64,000 nucleotides of DNA, taken from NCBI GenBank assembly GCA_021613535.1, contig CP075497.1:434001-498000 (forward strand), read 5' to 3'. Under the pieces are notes generated by a model. It ran no database searches, was not told where the DNA came from, and was given only the letters and a program-made list of their open reading frames with translations. The DNA is from Adineta vaga (Eukaryota; Animalia; Rotifera). A program made the translations under genes and the position numbers. Positions 38,601-51,226 of the stretch are shown in pieces (within the stretch, counting starts at the first letter, position 1; each line of letters begins with the position of its first letter).

Positions 38601-41600
38601 TTTCGGAATAGTAGTTTTATACGATCACATCAGTGCAGTTGAACTATAGAAAAAAAAGCAATATATTATGATAAATAGCGAAGTGAATTTGAACAGTGTG
38701 AATATGAGACAGTAATTACCTTGTTGTTTCTTTTTCGATTTCTTTGAGGTGAATAAGTTCATAATGAATATGCAAATATAAGGCGTAATAAGACGGATTG
38801 ATACAATAAGACCACCAATCATTGATACCAATATTACCATAATTTCTATCAAAGTCTTTTGACGAATTCTTCTCGAATAAGTGCAATAATTCGGTGAACA
38901 TAAGTCATAAAAGGTTTTGTATGACCATGAAGGATTTCGTTGTTCGATCATTAATTCTCTAATTATGTTCGATATTGAAGTTTTTGGCGAAAAACGACTT
39001 GAACTTGAATTATAAATAAGTGGTTGAATTTTAATCTCAACTAAATCTTCGACATTTTGAGTATATGTTTTATTTAGATAGTTTTTTAAGATTGAAAGAC
39101 AATCGGAATCTGAATAGAAACATTCAAGTGTTGACAAAAGAAGAGATTGAATAACAGAACAACTCAAGATCGATCCAGGAACTACATAAGAAAATACGAA
39201 AAATTCATTTTCACCAATAACAACAGACATATCACTGCGAATAGCAACTGAACTTTGACAATTCCAATTTGTAGCACAAATACAAATTTCTGATGGTGAA
39301 TGTATATTTCGAACACTACGTAAAGGTAATATAAACTAAAATAAAAATAAAACGATTTATTGAATTCTATTTAATGATATACCTGTGAACTATTCCGAAC
39401 TGTAGAGAGAAAAAATGTTTTCGGAACGAACCATTCACCACGAAGTACACCATCTGTAAACGGTTGATCAACTTGCATTATAAGATCAATTGTATTGACC
39501 AAAAGATCAAAATAATTAACCATCGATCGAAAAACTTGATCGATAGTGCTGTTTAATTGTATTTCGAAATCAGTCTTATTGAGAACATTTAAGGTAACAA
39601 ATGATTGCAAAAGAAATCGTTCAATAGCGTCCTTAATCGTTTGATTAACCAATTTACAAAGATTTAATAATAATTGAAACTGTCCAAATGCTTGATTTCG
39701 CCAATCTAATATTTGGGCACCAGAAAGACTTTCTTTCAATATTTTAACCCAACGATCACCAACAAAATCACTTGAACATATTTCATGTATTGTAGGAGAC
39801 AAATTCATGAACTTTCTATATGGTATTGTCATAGTTTTACAAGGACATTTGAGAGTAGTGGAATAAGAATTCTGTAGATCATTATAAATATCGAATGATG
39901 GATTTGAAACGGTTATTGTCATTATTCGAGTATTTAATAAATTAAAGAGAACAAGAATAATTATCGAACCTAATCATATATATCAAACAATTGAAGATAA
40001 GAATAGTTGAAATAAACATACCTGTTAGTAAAAATAAATAAACACGTGTAATAATCTTCTGTTTTTTAATACCATCTTCTGTTCGATCATCGATCTTTTT
40101 AAACAAATTTAATCGTTTCATCCATTGAATAAACTTTGATAAACGTGTTTGTTAAGATACTAAAAATCATGTCGAAGATTATTATATAATTAAATCAATA
40201 ATATATTCCACACACTTACAACTTATATTTCTTGAATTATATTTGAAATTCATTACAGAATGAATTAAACTTGGTACCATGAAACGAAGTATAATAACAA
40301 GACCACCATAAAGACTGATGAACAAAGTGATTGCAGAAGAGATATCAGTTCGATCAGTAGTAGTATATGTGCATAACGATGGAGAACAATGATCGAAATA
40401 TTTTGAATAATTTATTGTAATTGATCTTTCTTTCACAAATAAATCACGAAAATGATCATTGACAGAATGATTTTCTACTAATGAAGTTAAAACCGAATTA
40501 TTCAAATCTAGATGAATCTAAATAATGATATAAGATATGTTTCTAAGAGATATGAAATAATATTACTACAAACTGAATTTAAATTAGGAAAATAGTTGAG
40601 TAATAATTCAAGACATTTAATGTTGTATAAGCAATCAAGACTACTTCGAAGTAAAGCTTCAAGTGGAGTACATCCGGAAAAAAATCCATTAACTTGTTTC
40701 GTTCCCGAATTATATTCATCTCGTCCAAAGAAAACATCAAATATATTATCATTTGAACTATTAAGAAAGCTAACTGGACTCGTTGGATTATTAACACCAC
40801 AAGACATCACGTTGCTTATATTCTTAAAATCAAACTTTGACATAAATCTGACTTGTTCACATCGAATAAGGATATTCTCAGAAAACGGATTAGATTCTAT
40901 TGTAATCTGAAAATTTGTATTGAGAGCAGTAATTAAATGATTTGTCTGAGTTGTGAGTTTAAGATAATTAAGAAATGAAATAATTCGAGTTGATAAATTA
41001 TTTATGAATAATTCACCTTTAGCATCAATTTCAGATTGAACTTGAATATCAGTAAGAAGATAAATTGTAACAAGTTCATTATTACGCAAATCAATCTGAT
41101 TTTGAACTATTGCATCTTGAGAAAATGAACAAAAACTTGTCAAAAGTTCAAACTAAATAAAAAAAACGAAAGTCTATTATTTTTTCCTCTTCATATAAGC
41201 TTTACTTGTGATTTTGCTGTTGTTCGAAAATCGTTTATGTGATATGTACTTGCATTGATGAAATACAATGCATTTATCCATTGTTGTTTAACAAATTCAC
41301 TTGAACAAACAGGATGAAATATAACTGTATCCAAAACAAAATCTTGATAAGGTATTATAATTGTTGAACATCGACATGAAAGAGTTTCTTTATGTTTTAG
41401 ATAAAGTTCATCAAAAATATGACGAGTAATATTTGAATGGATAATTGTTCGAGATTGTGGTTTTATTAAAGTAGTATAGAAAAGAACATATGATGATACT
41501 AAATGAAAAAGAATCAATGATATTGAGTATATTACATCGTTAAAATCATATTTACTAATAAGAAGAAAAGTATATAACCATGTTGAATACTTTTGATGTT

Positions 41601-41718
41601 TAAGGACAATTGTTGAATCTTTTATTTCATCATCATAATGATTTTCTTCTGGTATAAAAGCATTATAGTTAATTATATATCCGTAAAACCAACGGAATAC
41701 CCGCTTAAAGTTGATCAT
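35609..41718 (-). pseudogene. Very large multi-exon membrane protein: three TM/C-x-C modules followed by FG-GAP (VCBS) repeats; carries nonsense codons
   Basis: Modules with C-x-C, PxFHxxCSS and CxPxxCxY. C-terminal GDFNxDxxxD repeats. In-frame stops TGA at 38630-38632 (depends on my splice model) and TAA at 36365-36367, with the frame continuing past both. Confidence 0.75.
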
Positions 41719-42561
41719 AACAATTTTATATATGAAAATGATATTGTATACAGTTGAAATTCTATTGAAATAATATAGACTGAAAACAAAAAAAACATTC
41801 TCTTATAACATTTATCTGAAATAACAGTAGAAAAAAAGGGTTTAAATATTCTTGTTTACGCTCGATTATATTTTTATTTTAAAAGAAAAATTTTTAATTA
41901 GAATAAATCATGTCTTTTTTTTTCATTGTGCGCCATTTTATCTCCTTTTCTCTTTTATACTTTTGATTATGAATATTAACTAAATATAATTGCATACCGT
42001 TCCGATAATGATTTTTTCATTGTAAGGAGACAAAAAGAGAAAAACATCTTCGTTAAGTTTGATTTTTCGTCAATATTGAAATTTATATTTATTCTTGTGA
42101 AATAGTCAAAAGTTTTGTCACATATAATCGCTTAATCAGGGTAGGATATATGTGGATAAGTACCCATACTTACCGAAGATATTTTACACATGAAATATAT
42201 CGTTTAAAACAGAGAGATCGATAATCACTTTTAAAAAAGAAAATATATATATTTCCCTATCAAATGTGTGAATATATTGTTATGATATTAGAAAAAAGAA
42301 AAATTTGTGTATTAAAAAGAATATACTTTTTCTCTGCGTCAATTTTGGTCTTTTTTAAGTTTTTGTTTAACTCTTTGTCAGACATCATCATTAGATTGAG
42401 GACGGAAGTTATTGAAAAATCTTGACAAAAACCAATATCGTTCACTTGATGACGAACAACTTCGGCACTACACTGGGAAAAATCTTTTTTTTGATAGAAG
42501 AGTACCATTATACTATTTCAAATAGACTAAATAATAAATTTTATATTAAATGAAAGTCTGT

Positions 42562-42935
42562 AAAAAATGGGATTTATTAGTATCAAATCGTATGGATTAT
42601 GGAAATCTTTTAACATCGAACTTGGAGAGGTACTACGCCACGACAAAAAAAATATAACTTTTTGAAACGTTTTTAGTATTTTCCAAACCTTTCCAAATTC
42701 GTCATCACCCAAAAATAAATAAGAAAATATTTCATCTATACAGTTTTGTAGAACCCGATGAGCACACTATCGAACCGTGTAAAAATATCCTAGAGAACAT
42801 CTTACAGTATTATTAAGTTACTGGCATCGTGCTTTTTCATTGCAGAAAGGTATTAAGTTTATGAAAGTTTCTTAAGTTCGATGTTAAAACCTTTTCATAA
42901 ACCTTACGATTTTGTTTCAATAAACCATATTTTTT
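42562..42935. mobile_element. Degenerate MITE related to 2863-3404
   Basis: Imperfect TIRs (ATGGGATTTATTAG...TTTTAACATCGAACTT and AAGTTCGATGTTAAAA...AATAAACCATATTTT). Shares the internal motif CATCTAYACAGTTTTGYAGAAC with about 3205-3230. Confidence 0.65.
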
Positions 42936-43296
42936 AGTCTATTTTGAAATTATAGCGACAGCTCCTATCAAAATATTTTTCCCAATCTAGAAAAATGAAT
43001 ATAAAGAATGATATTTGGATGTTTTTTTCTGATGATAGTTCCTATGAATGTATCGCACACTCACCGTCCATTGACAATATAAAAATAATATCTATAGTTG
43101 AACCATCAGTATTGCGAATATACAATTTGTTGTTTAGATATTATTCTACCATCCATACAGAGTACAAAAACTACCATTAGATTACAACAATAAATAAGAA
43201 TAATACTGATGAATATTACGAAACAACCAGTAGTGTCAAACTTGAAAGTTGAATTCAATTATTCATATCTGATACCCCTATTACACTTCCCACACT

Positions 43297-43360
43297 CTAG
43301 AGAGTGTAGGTTTGAGGTTCTCTTATCTGTTAATATCCACATTCAAATCTACACTCTTAA
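43297..43360. repeat. Telomere-like palindromic element with co-varying arms
   Basis: AGAGTGTAGGTTTGA (43301-43315) pairs 14/15 with TCAAATCTACACTCT (43343-43357). Confidence 0.7.
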
Positions 43361-43842
43361 TATATCGGTGTAGAGATCGGACGAACAGGTGTAAAATTAC
43401 TTCCGATATCTTATGAAACAGTAGCCAGTAAATAGAAACACCACATATGGATCCATTATTATACGAAACTATGTTAGCTTTTACTACGATCTGGTAGCGT
43501 GATGTATTCTTTTTTCTCTTTCTTTCGATGATTTGAGTGCAATGTTGTTCTGCTCTATCATTGTATGCCGCAATAACGCATGATTCTCTTTAACTGCGAT
43601 GTGCTTACCAGTTACCTTTTTTTGTTCTTCTACTGGTGATTCTCAGTCAAAGAGCAATACTAATTTCTCTTGTTGTTTTTCTATGTAGATAAGATGGCAG
43701 ATGCAATAGATATACACGCCAACGCCTATTTTTTGTGATAACAGAATATTTATATATCGTCCTTTCATCCACAACAAAAACATTATTGCAATCCTTTTCT
43801 AAGAGAATCACTTTAAATTTCACTCGCGTAGCACAAATAACA

Positions 43843-44174
43843 ATGACATTTCTTAACCGATCCTATCTTATGATGGTTTTCGCTCTCATCCTTGTTTTGT
43901 GTTTCGTTATGCCGACCGTGATGGGTGAGTAGTCCGCTGGACTAATTCATTTGTGCATTATAAAAATTGCATATATACATTCTAGGAAGACCATGTGGAT
44001 GCCCGTGCATGAAATGCTCTGCCGGTTACCAGTGTATACAAGGCTCCAATGGACTTGCACAGTGTGTTAAGTTTGATTTTGACTGGTTTAACGTGGAAAC
44101 ATGGCCAACCGCTAATCTTTCAATATAATACTCTACTGCCGCCTTTTGTTGACTTTCTTATGAAAAAGCAATAA
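43843..44174 (+). CDS. Small secreted Cys-rich peptide with follistatin-N-like spacing, 2 exons
   Basis: Signal peptide exon 43843-43924, intron GTGAGT..TCTAG, exon 2 GRPCGCPCMKCSAGYQCIQGSNGLAQCVKFDFDWF...KKQ*. Confidence 0.75.
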
Positions 44175-44275
44175 AATGTCAAAAACTTAACTATAGAAAA
44201 TCCGATAATGTACAAGTATCGAGGATTAGTTCACTAGAAAAGAAAGTCACCTAGTCTTTATTGTACCACCGCATT

Positions 44276-44326
44276 AGGGTGTGGGTGTGAGCATAGATAA
44301 AGCTACAATACCTCCACTCTTCACTC
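44276..44326. repeat. Telomere-like palindromic element (good left arm)
   Basis: AGGGTGTGGGTGTGAG ... CCTCCACTCTTCACTC. Confidence 0.7.
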
Positions 44327-44815
44327 ATATTTACAATAAACAAAAGAAATCAGTCGAATATGTTTAGTGAACTAACTCCCCATTATCAAGATAAAATCTG
44401 TTTGATTACGCTCAAAGCATATTTTACTAGTATCCGATTGAAATAGAAACGAAAATTATAGTCGTATAATATGAATGAGATTAGAACTTAATTAACATTC
44501 TTTATTTGAAACAAATCAATGTTTACGATCACAAACATACTGTGTCTGACTATTTTGAAGGTTAAAAATACAAAATCTAGTACGCAAACCAATATGACCA
44601 TTAGCAAAATAATCAAAGTAACCATTATTCATACGATCAATCGCCAGATAAATACCAGTACACAAAGAATCAGTATTAATACAACCAGTAGCATAATTAA
44701 TAAAATCATCACGGCGAGACTGAAGATGAGCAATATCACCTCCATAGTTAACAGCAAGATCAGCAGCAGCATGATAATCTGCATCAAGAGCAGCATTGTT
44801 ATAATCTGATCGTAA

Positions 44816-45544
44816 TTAGACTTGGTTATTTTGGCCACAACGAGGACAAAATGGATGCTGTGCTAATGAATATGTTTTATTATTCGCTGTCGTCATGTTA
44901 AAAACAGAGCTTTGACCAGAACTGTTACTCGAGTTTGCGAATTTTTCCACTATCATCGTATCCATGCATTGTAACTGTATAACTCGAGCATCTTTAAAGG
45001 TGTTCTTTTCACAAAATCCACTATACGGATAAAACAGTACTTCTTCTTCTGGATATGCAGAGTAATTTCTAATATCTGTACGATATGTTCCATCATTGGG
45101 CGATCCATCGATTTCAAACATATAACTACCAAATACTTGGGCGATGTTTTTGTTACGACTTGTACTAGAAAATGTTGGCCAGAGAAAAGCCATACCTACT
45201 TTTAGTTGATTCATTTCATTTGATTCAAGTTTAAGTCCTCGATAAACTTTAATTGATTCATATGAAAGATTTTCTTTGATAGCCTGTCGTAATTCATTAA
45301 TGTAGTTTGCGTGTTTCTGCAAAGTTTGAAGATCATCGTTTAGAAGGGCTCTGTTGATTTCTTCATAACAAGAATCTGATCCTTCGATTGTCCATTTACG
45401 GAAAAGACTGACTTTATCAATGTTTCGACTGGACACCATCGTGTTTATGATACTTTTATAAGCTGTACGACGAGATCTTGGCCATGTTACTGGTGATGTT
45501 GTATCAACATATCTATTGAAGATGCCATTGTTGTCTCTTGGCAT
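44816..45544 (-). CDS. Mono-ADP-ribosyltransferase (R-S-E class, exoenzyme/ART-like)
   Basis: INRAL helix, VYRG, FSSTS and YPEEEVLF catalytic motifs. Intronless. The frame continues past the TAA to 44516. Confidence 0.88.
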   Translation of the reverse strand: MPRDNNGIFNRYVDTTSPVTWPRSRRTAYKSIINTMVSSRNIDKVSLFRKWTIEGSDSCYEEINRALLNDDLQTLQKHANYINELRQAIKENLSYESIKVYRGLKLESNEMNQLKVGMAFLWPTFSSTSRNKNIAQVFGSYMFEIDGSPNDGTYRTDIRNYSAYPEEEVLFYPYSGFCEKNTFKDARVIQLQCMDTMIVEKFANSSNSSGQSSVFNMTTANNKTYSLAQHPFCPRCGQNNQV

Positions 45545-46032
45545 TATTTGTAGTGTGTGTCTTATTCAAGAATATCTGAGTGAGAATGGAAGAGTATATG
45601 GGATACATAAAAAATGGACATCTTTATAGTAACTATATTTTTGTTCGCCGAAAAATATTCTGTCGAAAGAATTTTTTCTCCTCACCGTCACTTTTACGAC
45701 GGCTTTCGAGACGAAAAACTGTCTTCAATGAAACCTTTTTCAGCGAAGAGGATATATATCTTTTATTATTGATTGTAAAAGAATAACAAATAAAGCCATG
45801 ACTCGTCAAAATTGATAAGAAATACTCCTTTATATAGCCCATTAAGATTATATTCACTTTGGGAAGTTTTAATTTTAATTTTATGATTGATAGCAGATAA
45901 TATTCTTGAATCATTGCATGAAAATCGCATCTAAATCTGATTTATATTACGCAACGATATTCATCAATTTTCATTTTGTTTATAGGATAGCTTCAGATAT
46001 CTATAAATACAGGACAAAGGACTTTTCTCGCT

Positions 46033-46079
46033 CGAGTATGAGTACATCTTATTCATGCACACCCACACCCACCCTCAAG
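46033..46079. repeat. Telomere-like palindromic element (good right arm)
   Basis: GAGTATGAGT ... CACACCCACACCCACCCTCAAG. Confidence 0.75.
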
Positions 46080-47393
46080 AATTGTTTTTATTTAATCTAG
46101 AATATTATTAAAATTAATCTTCAAAAGAATAGAATTATTAATGCAATTACGAAACGTTTTGTACATATACTTTAAAACAAAATACTATAAGAATAATATT
46201 ACGACTTTTCACTGTGTATATGATTTGATATAGACACGAACGACTCTTCGAATCAATTGAAAAGAACAATTCAAGATTCGATTCATTTCTATTAATGAAT
46301 ACAAACACTTCTAATGTTGAATTTGAAGAATAACAACATAATTAATAAAGAACACAAAGTATTTTCATTTAAACAATGTTATTATCCTTTTATCATCACG
46401 AATATTTTCATCGAGAATTGAAAAGAAAGAATAATATTAGAAATTCTAAATAATACATAAAACACCTTAATTGAAAAATGGGTTTGTCGAAATGGAAATA
46501 ATTAACATATACGGGAATTGATCGAAACAATTCTTTATGAAGATTTAAATCATTTTGAACTTAATTGAAGTACAACACTTCATTCAATATATCACATCAT
46601 GAAATTCGATTAGTTTCATATAAAATGTCATAGAATCCTCAATTGAGAGATTGACATCTTCATGACTGATTAATATATCTTTTAGTTCGAAAACATATTA
46701 TCGTTAATTATGCTTTAATTACATTTTTAGAGTTCAGAAATTCAAATTCTTTTTCTTTTATTCAAAAAAGAATCTCTGAAGACGAGACAATTTCTTTTGT
46801 TCTTGTTAAACAGATTCAATGATTTGTTGATAAAAATGATCAATTGTCAAATTGAAAAACTAAATTCAAATTTTATTTTTAATTTCTTTTTTTCTTCTTG
46901 AAAACAAGTTTTCATTTCAAAATCGATTGTCGAGTTATTTTATAAATATTTAAAACTTTATCTTAAAAAATTGATAATTTTACAAATCAATTTACAAATT
47001 ATCTTTATTTTCCTATTAAAATAATTTTTTAATCGTATTTCAAAGATTTCAATTATTTTTCTTTTTCAAAATCTTTTCATTGATTTTCATTTGTTCATTG
47101 AGAAATTTTCAAGATTTGATTTGAAAACAAAAAATCTTTGATTTAACAAACATTTTCTTCAAATCAAAACATTTCTTCTGCATAGTTTCATTTCAATTTA
47201 ACAAAAATCGTTTTTTATGACCGAAAAAATTCTTTGAAAAAATAATTTCATCGAAACAAATCAACTTTCGATCTATTTTGCATCGAGTTTTTGAAAAAAA
47301 CAAAAATATTTTCTCACTTTTATTACGAAAAAAAAAATTTTCTTTTCCTTTTTCAAAGTCAAACAATTTCGTTTGAAATACAAAGTTCATTTC

Positions 47394-47637
47394 AATAAAT
47401 TTTATCAAATCGAAGGATTCGATGATTTTCACAATCTGAAACAAAGATTTTCTCCAAAATCAAATGATAAACCGGCAGGACGATTCAATTGATTTGATTC
47501 TCTTCGTTGACCATTTCCAACAACAACAATCTCGCCTTCTTCATCACCTTCACACCATCGCATTATTCGATGACTTCTATAATCTACCACATAGATTCGA
47601 TTCCATTCATCAACAAACAATCCTTGAGGAGAATTCA
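47394..47637 (-). pseudogene. 3' remnant of an NHL gene, paralogue of 53934-55487
   Basis: NSPQGLFVDEWNRIYV is shared with the 53934 gene. Downstream non-coding DNA at about 46617-47400 matches about 53331-53935. Confidence 0.85.
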
Positions 47638-47697
47638 TGGGTGTGTGTGGGTACTCTTTAATTTGGGCCTACATCCACCCACCCACACCCACACCCT
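47638..47697. repeat. Telomere-like palindromic element at a junction of two gene remnants
   Basis: TGGGTGTGTGTGGGT ... CCACCCACCCACACCCACACCCT. Confidence 0.85.
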
Positions 47698-48413
47698 TTT
47701 CTACGTTTTTGGTAGTAGTGCAACGTTAGGAAAAACTTCGCAGCATCAGTGATCATAGTTAATCCATTCAATGGTACACAACGATATCGAGCAATGACGA
47801 CAGAAAGTGATGGTGAAATATTTGCTTTACGTGTTGATAGTAGTACAGGAAATTTATATTCAGTGCAATTGAACCATGAAATGAAAAGTCCTACAAGTAT
47901 CGTTCAGACAGATCCAAGTAATTTTATAGCTGAACAATGGGTAAATATAACCAAAGCTAGTGGCATGCAATCAGATTCAATGGAATTCTTTTTCAATTCA
48001 ACAGCTCATGAATATTTTGTGACAGTGTCCTACGATTCTGATTATCTTGTCGGTATTGATGTATAGTACAACGAAAAATAATAAATGAAACTAGAAATTC
48101 GAATTTACCAGCATATTTATGTTATGCCAATAAAACAGATGCTTTTTATGGTATTCAAGAAGTTCAAGAAAAACGTGCTTGTCGTTTAATACGTTTAAAT
48201 CCTAATACTGGCACCCTGGATATTCTGTCTCCTGACTTTAATGATTTTCTCGCATCGACTGGAACTTGTTATGGAGGTTATTATTTTACAATGATTGTTA
48301 AGAGTCTACATAAACGAAATATTCTCACATTTGATTTAATCAACAAAGGACGAATAATAGCAAATAATACAGCAGATGCATATCTCGATTCAGTTGCATT
48401 TGTTCCAACTTAA
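47698..48413 (+). pseudogene. 5'-truncated, frameshifted beta-rich (propeller-like) protein gene
   Basis: Coding-like sequence starts right after the repeat, passes through ORF 47749-48066, and continues in another frame to ...YLDSVAFVPT* at about 48413. Confidence 0.55.
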
Positions 48414-48843
48414 TTACAAGGCTTTCTTTCGAAAAACTAGACGATTTTTTGTACGACTATGTTTTTCAATGCAATAAAAGACACAAAAATGCACTGTTGA
48501 ATTACTGTTCAATACTGTTTAATTGAGATAAATTCTTTGATTTTGCTATTTTAAATGTTATAGTCAGGTTTGGTGATTGAGAAGAACAATCACAAAAAAT
48601 AGTTCTAACAAATATATTATAAAAGGTAGATTACACCATGGAAGGTTAGAAGAACTTTGTTTCATTATTTTATTCTAATCAAAGTCAAGAAATCAGTTTG
48701 ATTAAATGGACAGAAACAATCATTATAATGCAATTATTTTGATTTTTCGAGAAATATAGCTGATTATCAAGGGTAGAAGAAATATTTGATAAAAGAAAAT
48801 TTGTGATCATCTTGATCATTCATGAATAGTCTTTTGATTACAG

Positions 48844-50270
48844 TCAGTTACGATCACGTTCGTGACTGTAATCGTGTCTGTTCGGGCGCTCCTGCTGATT
48901 GATCGGGTTGTGTGTGTTGTTGACTGTACCATTTGATATGGTTTGGTCGCTCATTGAATGTTGATCCAAGGATTGTTCTTCAATATTGAAAAGGATACCT
49001 TTCATATCGGGCCATAGACAAGCTTTGTTGAGGTCATCCCAAATAGTACCACCCGGGCACGATTCCAGCCACATATTTACACCGTCGCACATAGCGAAAC
49101 CTTTCTCGCTGAAAGTCAATGGTCCAGTTCCACTTACACCTTCGCATGGGTTGGCATGAACTAGAACAACATGAGAATTGAATTATCTTGCTGTTTCCAA
49201 CTTTAGTTCGATTAATTTTACCTTCTTGGCAGTTAAGACCATACGAGGTACTTTGATTGCAGATGCAAACATATTTCAGAGCAGCATCTAATCGGAACGA
49301 CTGACAGCGTGAGTCGGATGTTTCACCACATGGTTTTAGGGTTTGACAGACATGGACATCCAGTTCACAAACCTTCCCATCGAAACCAAATGGGCACTGA
49401 CACTGATATGAGGTTTTATCAGTTGGAATGCATCGACCATCGTTGAGACATGGGTGCGAGGTGCACGGATTTTCCACGGGATCCAATTCTAGAATAATCA
49501 GAAAAAACTTTCTTTAAGCTGAAGCGAAAAAAAACAAGAGTATACTGCGTTCACATCGGCGTGAGTAATCATCGTAGTGAAGACCGTAGGGGCACGATTG
49601 TTCAAAACCACGACCATCATCGATGCAAACAACGAATTTACGACCCATCTCCAATGGGATTACAGTTTCAGGACTTTGACCTTGACAGAGAATATCTAAA
49701 ATACGAGAAAAAACATTATTTATACTCCAACAAACAACCACAAGCTTACCAGCGGGATCCGAGGTGACTTGCGTATCCGTATGAAGATCCGTAGGTTTCA
49801 TACCTTGGACAATGCCTTGAAGTGTATTTGGTTGGTGTTGTTGGACCGCTGAGCACTGGTGAGGTGTTGGCATCGCTGATGGATTGGAGTTCATCACTAG
49901 GCTCTTTAATTGGATTCGAAATCGAATCGGTATGACCAGACTTGATATCTTCAGGCTTGTATTCGACTTTGCATGAAACGGGAAAGTTTTTTGCATTGAA
50001 TATAACAGTCAAACCAATGGTCCGAGCAGCTGTATCTTGGAGTTTTGTATCACGCAGTTCAGCGTAGACCTTTGCATTCAAATCAATCGTATTCGCTCCT
50101 GAGTGTGTCACTTTGCCAGTGATCACATTTTCATTCTTAGCAGAGCGCACAACAGCACCTAACAAAAATATAACTGCAGTTTTTATCCAGGTGCTTGTCA
50201 AATACTCACTTTCAATAACACAGAAGAAGACGGAGGCGATAAACGCTAGCAGAAATCGACGACGAATCAT
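48844..50270 (-). CDS. Signal peptide + YbaY/YscW-like domain + chitin-binding (CBM14-like) + EGF + CBM14-like; probable frameshift near 49800
   Basis: ITGKVT...AKVYAELRDTKLQDTAARTIG...FPV...EY resembles YbaY. FVVC...QSCPYGLHYD...RC and ESCPGGTIWDDLNKAC resemble CBM14. CLNDGRC...CQCPFGFDGKVC is EGF-type. Short introns present. Confidence 0.65.
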
Positions 50271-51177
50271 GGAGAATGGACAGTCGTGTACTATGACTTT
50301 TGACACACGGTTCTCTCTATCAGGGACGTTCTATATTACTGTTTTGCTGGTACAAATACGCGGTGGTATTTATACTACGCAATATCTCTTCTTCTATCAC
50401 GTGACTAGCTGTGTGACTCCTCGGCACGATCATCTATACAGAAGAGCATGATTGTTTTTTGAATTAGAAAGGAGAGATGGATGGGATATGTAAGACGAGA
50501 ATCCCTCTTTTCTTTTAAGATTATCAATAATTGATTTTTTTTAATCTTTAACACGATCACTAAAACAACAACAACAAAACAACAAGAGAAATAGAGACGT
50601 AGAACGTTGCTAATATTCGATGATAGGATTCTGTCCATGTTAATAGAAAGTGAATCAAAACAGACCAGCAACTAATGCTGTGTTTGGATGCGTACCTATG
50701 TCAAGAAAAATCATAAACCATCGGTAATTAATCGTGACTTAAACCCGATTTATGCGATTAATCGTCAGTAGTGTAGAACACAACTCGACGATTTGATTCA
50801 AATGATATCTCTTTAGTTCAAATATTCGAGTCTTCAGCGCGCGAGCCCGTTGAGATAGGCTTCTATACTCGGTTGGTAGTCCCGCTACATCAATGCTCCC
50901 GCGTGCTGATCTCATATTAATAGCTTATTCACTTTACTGCTGATTTTGAAATTTAAAAGTCGAGGACTCAAACATTCGAACATTTGAATATTAGAACTAT
51001 CTTGAGGGTGAGTTTATATAAAGATATAGATTCCCAACTACCATGACGCATTTTGAGCTGGCAAAAGATCTCATCGGATGGCCTTGAAATCATCATGAAT
51101 CTAGAAAAACTGAATCAGATGAAGTTGCTTAAGAGAGTGACTAACTCTATGGATAGTATTGTGGAACTCACGTAAAT

Positions 51178-51226
51178 TTGAGGGTGTGCGTGTGTCAGTA
51201 TTACATCTATCTAACACCCACACCCT
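51178..51226. repeat. Telomere-like palindromic element
   Basis: TTGAGGGTGTGCGTGTGT ... ACACCCACACCCT. Another left arm CTTGAGGGTGAG lies at 51001. Confidence 0.85.
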
